From: a plasmid
DNA length: 64,000 bases
Sequence record: NZ_LC532224.1
Direction: 5' to 3' (one strand)
The notes beneath the pieces were generated by a model. That model did no database searches, was not told where the DNA came from, and saw only the letters and a list, made by a program, of their open reading frames with translations. A program made the position numbers and the translations under genes. Below, piece by piece: positions 30,533 to 41,641 of the stretch (within the stretch, counting starts at the first letter, position 1; the number at the start of each line of letters is the position of its first letter).

Positions 30533-30954
30533 ACTCACGCATACAACCGGGCAGTGACGTCATTGTTTGCGCGGAAATGGACGAACAGTGGGGTTACGTC
30601 GGCGCTAAATCACGCCAGCGCTGGTTGTTTTACGCGTATGACAGGATACGGAGGACGGTTGTGGCGCACGTATTCGGTGAACGCACGTTGGTCACGCTGG
30701 AGCGTCTTCTGGGCCTGCTGTCGGCCTTTGAGGTCGTGGTATGGATGACGGATGGCTGGCCGCTTTATGAATCACGCCTGAAGGGAGAACTGCACGTTAT
30801 CAGCAAGCGATATACGCAGCGCATTGAGCGGCATAACCTGAATCTGAGGCAGCATCTGGCAAGGCTGGGCAGGAAGTCACTGTCGTTCTCAAAATCGGTG
30901 GAGCTGCATGACAAAGTCATCGGGCATTATCTGAACATAAAACACTATCAGTAA
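30451..30954 (+). CDS. insB: IS1 InsB (InsAB' made by a -1 frameshift).
   Basis: …[36 protein letters not shown]…. Confidence 0.9.
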   Translation: MSRQCTHYGRWPQHDFTTLKKLRPQSVNSRIQPGSDVIVCAEMDEQWGYVGAKSRQRWLFYAYDRIRRTVVAHVFGERTLVTLERLLGLLSAFEVVVWMTDGWPLYESRLKGELHVISKRYTQRIERHNLNLRQHLARLGRKSLSFSKSVELHDKVIGHYLNIKHYQ

Positions 30955-30990
30955 GTTGGAGTCATTACCGGTGCTCTGATATATTTATTA

Positions 30991-31039
30991 TACTATAGTG
31001 GGGTATGTGTTGATCTTAATGTAATACTCCCCTATAGTA
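30991..31039. promoter_or_regulatory. Probable frmR operator: two RcnR/FrmR-type sites (TACT-N-C4/G4-TATAGTA) at 30991..31005 and 31025..31039.
   Basis: tactatagtggggta and tactcccctatagta are AT inverted repeats flanking a G/C tract, as for the RcnR/FrmR family. They sit about 30-75 bp upstream of frmR. Confidence 0.5.
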
Positions 31040-31067
31040 TAAGAAATACAGAGCAGTGAGGTAAGCA

Positions 31068-31343
31068 ATGCCCAGTACTCCTGAAGAGAAAAAAAAGGTC
31101 CTAACCCGGGTTCGCCGTATCCGGGGTCAGATTGATGCTCTGGAAAGAGCACTTGAAAGTGGCGCTGAATGCCGTTCCGTTCTCCAGCAAATCGCCGCCG
31201 TCCGGGGCGCCGCTAACGGACTGATGGCAGAGGTGCTGGAGAGCCACATACGGGAAACCTTTGACCAGAATGACAGCTACAGTCATGAAGTCAGTAAATC
31301 AGTTGACGATACGATTGAGCTGGTTCGTGCCTATCTTAAATAG
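31068..31343 (+). CDS. frmR: FrmR formaldehyde-responsive repressor (RcnR/CsoR family).
   Basis: 91 aa. The conserved Cys in [20 protein letters not shown] is typical of the family. Confidence 0.85.
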   Translation: MPSTPEEKKKVLTRVRRIRGQIDALERALESGAECRSVLQQIAAVRGAANGLMAEVLESHIRETFDQNDSYSHEVSKSVDDTIELVRAYLK

Positions 31344-31347
31344 GTGA

Positions 31348-32487
<1,140 letters not shown>

Positions 32488-32530
32488 TCCCATCAGAATT
32501 TTAATCAACTCAAACTGAAGGAAGTGGAAA

Positions 32531-32929
32531 ATGACAACTCCGGTAATTTCTGGTGACGGCATCTTTTCTCATGTGTTCATTGGCGCAGCCGATGTCGAGA
32601 AATCCTCCGCATTTTACGATGTCGTCCTGGGCACGCTTGGTATCAATAACCTCGGCCCGTTTGGCAACGGCTGGGTACTCTATGGCCGCGAAAAGCCGGC
32701 ATTTATCATTGCCCGTCCGGGCAACGGTGAAGCACCTTCCGCTAACGGGGTGACTGTCGGCTTCGCTGCTGCCACCCCGGAAGAGGTTGATGCTTTCCAT
32801 GCTGCCGGCCTTGCCGCCGGTGGAGCTGATGAAGGTCAACCTGGCCCGCGTGGTCACCTTCCCGGGGCCTATGCTGCCTACCTGCGGGATCCGGCGGGTA
32901 ACAAAATCACGGCGTATACGTTTATCTGA
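32531..32929 (+). CDS. VOC (glyoxalase / bleomycin-resistance fold) family protein inserted between frmA and frmB.
   Basis: 132 aa with VOC-like βαβββ repeats. Confidence 0.6.
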   Translation: MTTPVISGDGIFSHVFIGAADVEKSSAFYDVVLGTLGINNLGPFGNGWVLYGREKPAFIIARPGNGEAPSANGVTVGFAAATPEEVDAFHAAGLAAGGADEGQPGPRGHLPGAYAAYLRDPAGNKITAYTFI

Positions 32930-32993
32930 CGTCCGGATTTAAAGATACTTCCCCTGGCTTCGGTCAGGGGAAATAACCATGAGATAACGGCTG

Positions 32994-33830
32994 ATGGAAC
33001 TCATTGAGCAGCATGCCAGCTCTGGCGGCTGGCAAAACGTGTACCGGCATTATTCACAATCCCTTAATTGTGAAATGAATTTCGGTGTGTATCTTCCTCC
33101 CAAAGCAGTAACAGAAAAACTGCCGGTACTATACTGGTTGTCGGGCCTGACCTGTACTGAGCAGAATTTCATCACCAAATCAGGTATGCAGCATTATGCA
33201 GCCCGGCATAACGTCATCGTTGTTGTCCCGGATACCAGTCCCCGGGGTAATAATGTCCCGGATGCCGACAGTTACGATCTTGGCCAGGGGGCCGGTTTTT
33301 ATCTGAACGCGACGGAACAGCCGTGGAATGTTCATTACAGGATGTATGACTATATTCTCAGAGAGCTTCCGGATGTCGTCATGAATCATTTTCCTGCAAC
33401 GGCAAGAAAATCTATATCCGGTCATTCTATGGGAGGGCTGGGTGCTCTGGTGCTGGCTCTGCGAAATCCTGGTGAATATGTGAGCGTATCAGCATTTTCC
33501 CCGATAGTATCGCCTTCTCAGGTGCCATGGGGGCAACAGGCATTTAGCGCTTACCTGGGTGAAAACAGAAAAACGTGGGAAGCCTACGATCCAGTCAGCC
33601 TCATTTTACAGGGTGAAAAATTACCAGAAATCTTCATTGATCAGGGGCTGAGTGACGCCTTTTATGAAGAGCAACTGCGCACCAAAATCCTTGAGAGAGT
33701 ATGCAATGAGATGAACCTCAATGCGTCGTTCCGATATCATACTGGATACGACCACAGCTATTATTTCATTTCCAGCTTTATTGGTGAGCACATTGCTTAC
33801 CATGCCAACAGGCTCAGGCTGTCAGCATGA
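32994..33830 (+). CDS. frmB: S-formylglutathione hydrolase (esterase D family).
   Basis: 278 aa with the GHSMGG serine-hydrolase motif. FrmB/YeiG-like. Confidence 0.85.
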   Translation: MELIEQHASSGGWQNVYRHYSQSLNCEMNFGVYLPPKAVTEKLPVLYWLSGLTCTEQNFITKSGMQHYAARHNVIVVVPDTSPRGNNVPDADSYDLGQGAGFYLNATEQPWNVHYRMYDYILRELPDVVMNHFPATARKSISGHSMGGLGALVLALRNPGEYVSVSAFSPIVSPSQVPWGQQAFSAYLGENRKTWEAYDPVSLILQGEKLPEIFIDQGLSDAFYEEQLRTKILERVCNEMNLNASFRYHTGYDHSYYFISSFIGEHIAYHANRLRLSA

Positions 33831-33953
33831 GTTGATTTCCAGCCTCAGAAAATGTGCTTAATTTTCAGGCCTGAACAGGGCCTGAACCCTGCAGACCTGA
33901 GATGTACTGTAACTGAATCGCCACGGATAATCTAGACACTTCCGAGCCGTTGA

Positions 33954-33995
33954 TGGACTGACCCCGCCCCGGTAGACGATCCTGCCCTATAGTTT
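33954..33995. repeat. Solo 43-bp copy of the IRR terminus of the adjacent IS3-family element. It lies in direct orientation immediately before the element's IRL.
   Basis: 33954-33996 is identical to the reverse complement of 37449-37491 (tggactgaccccgccccggtagacgatcctgccctatagtttg). Confidence 0.7.
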
Positions 33996-34108
33996 GGACT
34001 GACCCCACGCCTGTAGACAAATCCTGTCCTCACGACGAGGCCTGTTCGAAGGCCTCCGGACTGACGTCGCCGAGGTGGCTGTGGCGCCGGGACCGGTTAT
34101 AGAAGACT

Positions 34109-34476
34109 TCAATGTAATCGAAGATCCGCCCGGGCCAGATCCCTGGTTTTATATATGCGTTTTCTGATCCGTTCTTTTTTCAGCGAACTGAAGAACGATT
34201 CGGCCACCGCATTATCCCAGCAGTTGCCACGCCGGCTCATGCTCGGCGCCAGGTTATTGGCCCGGTAGAAGCGCTGCCAGTCGTCACTGCCGTACTGGCT
34301 GCCCTGATCGCTATGTACGATAACCTCGCTGTCTGGTTTTCGGCGCCAGACCGCCATCATCAGCGCGTCGAGCGCCAGTTCGCGTGAGAGAGTGGGTTTC
34401 ATCGACCAGCCGACCACATTACGGGCGAAGAGATCGATAACCACCGCCAGATACAGCCAGCCCTGCCAGGTGCGGA
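34109..34476 (-). pseudogene. IS3-family orfB 3' exon (…[25 protein letters not shown]…).
   Basis: Joining at the predicted exon junction gives …[22 protein letters not shown]…, matching the conserved orfB core. Confidence 0.75.
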
Positions 34477-36736
34477 GTAGAGTAAGAGGCAGGGCGTAGT
34501 CGGACTATTTCCCTGCCTCTCCTCCCCGAACCGGACGTGCACCTTTCAGCGCATCCGGCTCTCCATTTAAATGCTGGCGAACGCCATTGCCACTTCTGTA
34601 AAGCGCGATGTATACGTGTTTCTGGTCTCCGTCCTCAGATAGGGATTACCTTCGGGTAGCCGCCAGCGGAACAGCTTCTTGCCTTGCCCCACCAACCGGT
34701 ACAGTATTTCGCCGCTGAGCTTGCCGTGATTGGTTTTACCAAATAAAACCCACGTTTTGCTCTGACCCGGTTTCGGTGATTTACACCACCACCTCATCAG
34801 GGAAGCGATACCTGTACGGTATTTGCGGGCCAGCCAGTGAGCCAGCTTCCAGAACACGACACGGTCGATATAACTGAAGACTTTGGCCTTAAAATCAACG
34901 AACTGATAGAACATGGCCCAGCCTTTCAGTTTTCGGTTGAGTTGTTCAGCCATATCGACTTTGCTTTCACTGTAGTTGCCTGATAACAGTGCTGTCAGCG
35001 ATGCGGCGAAGTTTCTGGCTTTCTCCTGCGGGATCGTTGAGACCACTCGCATCTCGCCATAACGACTGCGTTTGCGAATGATCCTGTGCCCCAGAAAGAT
35101 AAAGCCGTCATTAACATGGGTGATTTTAGTCTTATCCATGTTCAGCCTGAGTTTCAGACTGCCTTCGAGCACACCCCGACACTCCTCCCTGATGGCTTCC
35201 GCCTGTGCTTTGGTGCCTTTGACGATGAGGACAAAATCATCGGCATAGCGGCAGTACGCCACCGCGGGTTTCCACTGCCAGTTTTCTCTGACCGCCGTAC
35301 TTCGGCCCCGTTGGATACTGTTATTCCAGTACCACCGATCTTTTCTGGCTTTCCCGCTCAGGTAGCGCTCATGCAGGTATTGATCGAACTCATTCAGCAT
35401 GATGTTCGATAATAGCGGCGATATAACACCGCCCTGTGGTACACCTTCACTGGCCGCCCGAAAGAGACCGACATCGATATGTCCCGCCTTGATGGTTTTC
35501 CACAGCAGAGTCATGAAACGTGCGTCACTGATCCTGCGGCGTACAGCCTTCATCAGCAGTCGATGATGTACGGTGTCGAAGTAACTGGACAGGTCGCCTT
35601 CAATCACCCAGCGTCCCCGGGTTTCACCACAGTCTGTGAGCTGTAATTTCACCGTGCGGATCGCGTGGTGGACACTGCGCTCAGGCCGGAAGCCATATGA
35701 GAGCGTATGAAAATCACTCTCCCATATCGGCTCCATCGCCATCAGCATGGCCCGCTGAACAATACGATCCCGCAACGCGGGGATACCCAGTGGTCGCAGT
35801 TTGCCGTTGCTTTTAGGGATGTAAACCCGTCTGGCGGGCAAGGGCTGGTAGTGGCCTGAGAGTAATTCATCCCTGAGGATTTGCAGCTCAACAGCCAGTC
35901 TGGCCTGTAGCATTGTTTTGTTCACGCCATCAACGCCGGGGGTATGGGCCCCCTTTGATGAAAGCGTGATCCGCGCCGCTTCAGCCAGCCATTCTGGTTG
36001 TGTTATCAGACGCAGCAGCCGTTGAATCCGTAGGGACGGATCGGTGGCTGCCCATGTGGCAAGCTTGCGTTGCATTTCGCTGATTATCAAAGGTCTTCAC
36101 CTCGTTAGGTCAGTTAATTCACGTCGCAAACACATTCAAACTGCTTCCCTTCGCCATGTAATGGGCTTTCCCCATCGCGGACTACTACGGAAGCTCCGCC
36201 AGCCAGCGCGTCATCGGAGCCATGCCCCCTTAACATCCGTCGCTGACCTTCCCCGGTTTACCTGCCTGGACTCAGGCATACTGAGGAGGCTGCCCGTCGC
36301 ACTCTTTATCCTTGCTTGCCGCAAGTTGGCAGAAGTCAGCATCGCAAGCGTGATAGACGCTGCTGCCCCGGTGTTTCGCATACATGTCAAAACACCTTCG
36401 ACCGGCAGTGCTTACGTATCACTGCCAGTTCCTCCTGCACGGCCTGTCAGATCACGTAGGCCGTGGTGACGTTTTCAACCCACAGAGGCGGATTAACGGG
36501 TTCATGTTCTTCAGCCTTTCAGTACTTAACCTTGAGGATCATCTCGGCTTAGTGATCTCGCCTCAATCCCCGTTGTCAGCGGGTTACATCACCCTGCGGG
36601 CATGCCGCAGGTCACTGCCGCTCAGGTTCTCCACCGTCACACCCGGTGGGATTGTTGGGTTTCTCATCGTGAGTTACCGGTTCAATATTCCAGACAGACT
36701 CGCGGTTCATTTAAGCATCCATGCCCGCCCTGAACT
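34477..36736 (-). mobile_element. Group II intron (2260 nt) with an intron-encoded reverse transcriptase/maturase.
   Basis: The 5' end GUGUGC… (GUGYG) lies directly after orfB codon ITY. Domain V GAGCCGGATGCGCTGAAAGGTGCACGTCCGGTTC sits at 34528-34561. The domain VI / 3' end is …CTCTTACTCTAC. The IEP ORF is in the domain IV position. Confidence 0.85.
34567..36090 (-). CDS. Group II intron reverse transcriptase/maturase (IEP).
   Basis: 507 aa with the RT motifs (…LGIPALRDRIVQRAM…, FYADDFVLIVKG) and the maturase X domain. Confidence 0.9.
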   Translation of the reverse strand: MIISEMQRKLATWAATDPSLRIQRLLRLITQPEWLAEAARITLSSKGAHTPGVDGVNKTMLQARLAVELQILRDELLSGHYQPLPARRVYIPKSNGKLRPLGIPALRDRIVQRAMLMAMEPIWESDFHTLSYGFRPERSVHHAIRTVKLQLTDCGETRGRWVIEGDLSSYFDTVHHRLLMKAVRRRISDARFMTLLWKTIKAGHIDVGLFRAASEGVPQGGVISPLLSNIMLNEFDQYLHERYLSGKARKDRWYWNNSIQRGRSTAVRENWQWKPAVAYCRYADDFVLIVKGTKAQAEAIREECRGVLEGSLKLRLNMDKTKITHVNDGFIFLGHRIIRKRSRYGEMRVVSTIPQEKARNFAASLTALLSGNYSESKVDMAEQLNRKLKGWAMFYQFVDFKAKVFSYIDRVVFWKLAHWLARKYRTGIASLMRWWCKSPKPGQSKTWVLFGKTNHGKLSGEILYRLVGQGKKLFRWRLPEGNPYLRTETRNTYTSRFTEVAMAFASI

Positions 36737-37110
36737 CCGGGCACACTATAAGTAATATCGGTGACCCAGACCTGGGTGGCCCGGACAACGGTGAACTGCC
36801 GCTGCACGAGATTAGGAGCAACGACTGAAGGCCTGCCAGCGATACGACGTGGCGCTTTATAGCCGCGCACAGCTTTAATCCGGTCCAGTTGCATGATCCG
36901 ACCCACCCGGTTTCTACCACAGGTTTCCCCGATTTCGTTCAGATCGCCATGAACCCGCCGGTAACCGTATACGCCTCCGCTCAGGGAATATGAGTCGCGG
37001 ATAAGCATCAGCAGGCGCTGGTTATCTTTATCACGCGCCGAGACAGGGTTATGCAGCCACGCATAGAACCCGGCCCGGGCGACATTCAGTACCCGACACA
37101 TCGTCATCAC
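36737..37110 (-). pseudogene. IS3-family orfB 5' exon (…QVWVTDITY).
   Basis: An N-terminal orfB segment that reads into intron sequence in the genomic DNA. Confidence 0.75.
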
Positions 37111-37148
37111 ACCCCATACAGTTCGGTGCTCATTGATAAAGCGGTACT

Positions 37149-37433
37149 TCAGTCGGGCTCCTTTGCAAAGTACCGCGCGGCCTTTTTCAGGATATCCCGT
37201 TCTTCTTCGGTGCGTTTTAGCTGCGCCCGGAGTTTCAGGATCTCGCTTTTAGCTTCCAGTAAATCCCGGGCATGCTGCTCGCTGTTATCAGGTTTGATAG
37301 CCCGTAGCCACTTGTAGAGGCGGTGTGCAGAGACGCCCAGACGCTCAGATACTTAGGCGACGGAATAACCGCGTTCCGTTATCTGACGGACGGCTTCTTC
37401 CTTAAATTCAGGTGTAAATCGTGGTGTGCCCAT
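37149..37433 (-). pseudogene. IS3-family orfA (HTH) with a premature TAA at codon 27.
   Basis: MGTPRFTPEFKEEAVRQITERGYSVA*VSERLGVSAHRLYKWLRAIKPDNSEQHARDLLEAKSEILKLRAQLKRTEEERDILKKAARYFAKEPD. Confidence 0.7.
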
Positions 37434-37491
37434 ACGCTCCTCCTATACTCAAACTATAGGGCAGGATCGTCTACCGGGGCGGGGTCAGTCC

Positions 37492-37631
37492 AGGGAGCCG
37501 TTAACGACCTGATGGCGGTTGTTCTGGAAAGCTATCTTCGGGAGGAATTCCCCGATACGGGCAAACGAAATGAGTCGCAGAAGAGGTCAATCGACGACAC
37601 CATTTCGATAGTCCGCTCCTATCTCCGTTAA
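37492..37631 (+). pseudogene. 3' fragment of a second FrmR/RcnR-family regulator gene, truncated by the IS.
   Basis: It encodes …GAVNDLMAVVLESYLREEFPDTGKRNESQKRSIDDTISIVRSYLR, homologous to the FrmR C-terminus [19 protein letters not shown]…[13 protein letters not shown]. Confidence 0.65.
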
Positions 37632-38049
37632 CTCTGCCAGGCAGATGTCTGATGGGGTCTAAAACTGTAATGAAAGGAAATGACATATGAAATCACGTGC
37701 ATTATTCATCTGTATTTTTTAATTGGTACCCGAAACCGCCTGAGTGTCGCCATCAGCTGGGTCTGGAACCACAGCGTCGCGTACCGGGGAGCCCGCATTA
37801 TCACGGGAGCCAAATCTCCGGTCCCGGGTACGCCGCCAGCCAGTTCTCATACAGAAGGCGGATCCGCAGGGTACCGCTGAAACTTCAGCGGTGTCCCACA
37901 TGGTACCACCGGGCCCAGCTTCAGCAATCTGTTTCCAGTCACACAAACGCTTTTTTCGACGGGCTTTCTGATCGAGCGGTCCGGCACACCAGATACCGTC
38001 ACAAGAGGTGGCCTTATTAAGAGCGGACACACCTAGCACAGGAAATTCT

Positions 38050-40701
38050 ATGGCAAAGAAACTTTTCGGTTATCATCCCATCCTGACTGACGACAACAAT
38101 TCAGTTGTGATTCGCGGTGCTCGCGAGAACAACCTTAAAGAGGTGGATGTTTCCATTCCGCGCAACGCATTGGTTGTTTTTTCGGGTGTGTCAGGCTCGG
38201 GTAAGTCTTCACTGGCCTTTGGCACCATTTATGCTGAGGCGCAACGGCGCTACTTTGAATCGGTTGCCCCCTACGCTCGTCGCCTCATTGATCAGGTCGG
38301 GGTTCCGGATGTGGATGCCATTGACGGACTGCCGCCAGCCGTTGCGCTTCAGCAACAACGCGGTGCCAGTAACGCGCGCTCCTCTGTCGGCAGCGTGACC
38401 ACCTTATCCAGTCTGGTGCGAATGATGTACTCACGGGCGGGCGCTTATCCTGCCGGACAACCGATGCTGTATGCCGAGGATTTTTCTCCCAACACGCCGC
38501 AGGGGGCATGCCCTTCTTGCCATGGTCTGGGCCATATCTATGAGGTAACTGAAACACTGATGGTGCCCGATCCCTCACTTAGTATCCGTGAAAAGGCTAT
38601 TGCTTCCTGGCCCCCGGCCTGGCACGGACAGAATCTGCGGGATATTCTGGTGACGCTGGGGTATGACATCGACACTCCCTGGAAAAATCTGCCAGCGGAA
38701 GACCGTCAGTGGATCCTTTTTACCGAAGACACCCCCACTGTACCGGTTTTCCCGGGACTGAGTCCGGAAGATACGCGCGAAGCCGTCAGGAAAAAAATGA
38801 CGCCGGGTTATATGGGGACCTTCACCGGGGCACGTCGTTATGTGCTACATACCTTCGCCAGCACGCAAAGCGCGTTGATGAGAAAACGAGTCTCCCGTTT
38901 TATGGAAGGCAAGCTGTGTCCGGTCTGTCACGGGAAAAGACTGAAGTCAGAATCATTGTCCGTCACCTTTGCCGGTGTGGACATTGGTGAATTTATGCAG
39001 ATGCCCTTAGACCAGCTGGCGGAATTGCTCCTTCCAATCTCCCGGGGGGATTTCAGTGCCCACCACGCCGGCGCAGATGCCGACAGGGATATCACCCGTC
39101 GGGATCTGACAGAGCGTGCTGCATCCGGAAAAGCGGTCCATTCCGATAACGCCGATGTCTGCCGGACATCGGCGTTATCGGAAGAGAAACGACTGGCGGC
39201 ACAACGGCTGACCGGTGGTGTCATGGCCCGGTTGTATCAGTTGCAGAAGCTGGGGCTGGGTTATCTTACGCTGGACAGAGCAACCCCAACTCTATCTGCA
39301 GGAGAGCTTCAGCGACTGCGTCTTGCCACGCAACTCAGTTCGATGCTGTTTGGTGTGGTCTATGTTCTTGATGAACCGTCTGCGGGTCTGCACCCCTCAG
39401 ACAGTAAAGCGCTTTACGATGCGCTTGAGAACCTTCGTGATGCCGGCAACTCGGTGTTTGTCGTTGAACATGATCTTAACCTGATGCGACGGGCGCAATG
39501 GCTTGTTGATGTGGGACCGTCGGCTGGTGAACAGGGAGGACATGTTCTCTACAGTGGTATTCCTGAAGATCTGAAAGCCGTCACCCAATCTCGTACCGCG
39601 CGTTATTTATTTGATGAAGTCCGGCCACCACAATCTTTTGCCCGTATCCCATCCGGGTGGCTGAAACTGCAGGGGATCCATCGCCACAATCTTAAGTGGA
39701 TCGATGTTGATATTCCTCTGGGTGTGCTGACAGCCGTGACGGGAGTCTCTGGCTCCGGTAAATCCAGTCTGATTGCCCAGGCCTTACCGGAACTGGTGCT
39801 TTCTTCACTTGGCGGTGAGCCAGAAGACGTGCTTTCCGAAGCCAGCGACGCTGAGGGGCCATCCGTAACGGAGAAAACGTACGGTACCCTGACCGGTGAT
39901 ACCGGACTGGTAAAGCGTCTGGTTCAGGTTGACCAGAAACCGATAGGCAGGACCCCCCGTTCAAACCTGGCGACATATACCGGGTTGTTTGATCCTGTTC
40001 GTAAGCTCTTTGCCGGAACGACTGACGCCAAACTCCATCATTACGATGCGGGTCAATTCTCTTTCAATGTGGCAAAAGGCCGCTGTGCAACCTGTGAAGG
40101 TGAAGGATTCGTCAGCGTGGAGCTGTTGTTTATGCCGAGCGTGTATGCACCGTGCCCGACCTGCCATGGCGCGCGGTATAACCGGGATACTCTCAGGATC
40201 TGCTGGCAGGACAAAAATATCGCGGAGGTCCTGCATATGACGGTGGATGAAGCCAGTCAGTTCTTTGCGACTGAAGAACCAGTGGCTCGTCCCCTCCGTC
40301 TGCTGAGTGAAATTGGTCTGGGCTACCTGCGTCTGGGACAACCAGCAACCGAGTTATCCGGAGGGGAGGCGCAAAGGATCAAGCTGGCAACCGAACTACA
40401 ACGTAGCCAACGTGGCCACACGTTGTATATCCTAGATGAACCGACAACCGGCCTGCATGCTTCAGACGCCGACCGCCTCCTTGTGCAGCTGCAGCGGCTT
40501 GTTGATGCAGAAAATACGGTGATAATGATTGAACACGATATGCGGGCGGTTACTCAGGCAGACCAGGTTATCGACATCGGTCCTGGAGCGGGACATGAGG
40601 GAGGACGCCTGGTTGCCGCAGGAACTCCCGAACAGGTATCGCAGGTCAAAGAAAGCCGTACCGCACAGTATATTGCCAGGGAACTCTCACGGAACGGTTA
40701 A
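38050..40701 (+). CDS. UvrA paralogue (class II / UvrA2-like ABC ATPase, about 883 aa).
   Basis: Two ABC-ATPase modules ([12 protein letters not shown]…, …[14 protein letters not shown]) and zinc-finger CxxC pairs. It is shorter than canonical UvrA. Confidence 0.8.
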   Translation: MAKKLFGYHPILTDDNNSVVIRGARENNLKEVDVSIPRNALVVFSGVSGSGKSSLAFGTIYAEAQRRYFESVAPYARRLIDQVGVPDVDAIDGLPPAVALQQQRGASNARSSVGSVTTLSSLVRMMYSRAGAYPAGQPMLYAEDFSPNTPQGACPSCHGLGHIYEVTETLMVPDPSLSIREKAIASWPPAWHGQNLRDILVTLGYDIDTPWKNLPAEDRQWILFTEDTPTVPVFPGLSPEDTREAVRKKMTPGYMGTFTGARRYVLHTFASTQSALMRKRVSRFMEGKLCPVCHGKRLKSESLSVTFAGVDIGEFMQMPLDQLAELLLPISRGDFSAHHAGADADRDITRRDLTERAASGKAVHSDNADVCRTSALSEEKRLAAQRLTGGVMARLYQLQKLGLGYLTLDRATPTLSAGELQRLRLATQLSSMLFGVVYVLDEPSAGLHPSDSKALYDALENLRDAGNSVFVVEHDLNLMRRAQWLVDVGPSAGEQGGHVLYSGIPEDLKAVTQSRTARYLFDEVRPPQSFARIPSGWLKLQGIHRHNLKWIDVDIPLGVLTAVTGVSGSGKSSLIAQALPELVLSSLGGEPEDVLSEASDAEGPSVTEKTYGTLTGDTGLVKRLVQVDQKPIGRTPRSNLATYTGLFDPVRKLFAGTTDAKLHHYDAGQFSFNVAKGRCATCEGEGFVSVELLFMPSVYAPCPTCHGARYNRDTLRICWQDKNIAEVLHMTVDEASQFFATEEPVARPLRLLSEIGLGYLRLGQPATELSGGEAQRIKLATELQRSQRGHTLYILDEPTTGLHASDADRLLVQLQRLVDAENTVIMIEHDMRAVTQADQVIDIGPGAGHEGGRLVAAGTPEQVSQVKESRTAQYIARELSRNG

Positions 40702-40715
40702 AAAGGGCTGTGTCG

Positions 40716-41039
40716 TCATTGCGTCAATGGCGGCACATTCCCGGCGTGTTCTGTATCAGTAATCTCCCGCAGGTATAATTTCAGCGCATCCCACTGGTTC
40801 AGCGCGTACGCGAACGCCTTCGACAGCTCCGAGTGCCGTGACAGCGTTTTCTGCTTTTCACGCAGCCAGCCCTCCAGCGCGGTCAGCAGCGGTACCGCTT
40901 TTTCCTGCCGAATGGCCAGCCGTTCCGCCGCGCTTTTGCCCCGGATGCCCGCCTCGATGCCATACAGCTCGCCGATACGGCACAGCGCTTCGGTCGTGGT
41001 GTCAGAGGGCGTCCGCACGTGCACGTCCGCCTGCAACAC
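40716..41039 (-). pseudogene. IS66-family transposase internal/C-terminal fragment.
   Basis: …KSAAERLAIRQEKAVPLLTALEGWLREKQKTLSRHSELSKAFAYALNQWDALKLYL… matches a conserved IS66 TnpC region. The fragment is truncated on both sides. Confidence 0.65.
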
Positions 41040-41641
41040 CCCGCTGAACCCCGCAAGATGCGACTGCGGATGTGTAACGCTGGCGTGATAGAAATTTTAA
41101 GTCAGTCATCAGGTGTCCACCTAATTAGGGGTCAGTTTGGATATCGAAAATTATTGTACGTCAAGGTTATTTTTTGACCTCTCTACTTTAGCGGGCCTCA
41201 GCCGACGAAACTTATCGGAAGCCGGTACCGGCCAGTCTGACTGAAGATGGAAGCAAAATTAATGCTGTGGGCTACCATACCTTCTTTAACAGGTGATTTG
41301 TGAACTGCAACTTCTCGGAACGGGAGTTTGCGCAAGGACCGGAAGTCCGCTTTTCGCTCATAGCGGACCGTTCCTGCGCACATGTCTGCTATGTGGTAGA
41401 GGCAGACAATACTTACAGCACAGGGCGTTAATAAATACGGAACAGATCAACCGCAGATGCCTCCTCCTGAATGTATTAATTTTGCTATCTCGTCGGCAAA
41501 ATCAGGGAACAAGTCTGGATATGGAAGCGCCTGGCAGCTGAAAGTATGAATAATAACGCCCTGACAGGATATTTTATTGCACCCTGTCAAAAGTCATACA
41601 TTCTTTCCCGGTTTTTGCTTTCTCATACCGGATAACTCTAT

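Larger units (their letters stand above)
30202..30969 (+). mobile_element. IS1 (768 bp). No 8-9-bp target duplication (flanks ggtaattcg and ggtgctctg).
   Basis: Inverted repeats GGTAATGGTGCCAACTTACTGAT… and …ATCAGTAAGTTGGAGTCATTACC. insA and insB are present. Confidence 0.9.
33995..37491 (-). mobile_element. IS3-family element (IS51-group-like inverted repeats beginning TGGACTGACCCC) carrying a group II intron inside orfB. orfA has an in-frame TAA stop.
   Basis: Terminal inverted repeats at 33995-34040 and 37449-37491. There are orfA, orfB 5' and orfB 3' fragments. The total length of about 3.5 kb equals IS (about 1.24 kb) plus intron (2.26 kb). Confidence 0.8.

Noticed and set aside
33841-33953. 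Left flank of the IS3-family element as the missing 5' half of the frmR-like gene.
   Set aside because: No reading frame there encodes an RcnR/FrmR N-terminus, so the 5' part appears deleted rather than displaced.
33946-37508. Identical 8-mers gagccgtt on both flanks of the IS3-family element (33946-33953 and 37496-37503) as a possible target duplication.
   Set aside because: They are each separated from the IR tips by 2 nt, and IS3-family elements make 3-4-bp duplications. This is most likely coincidence.
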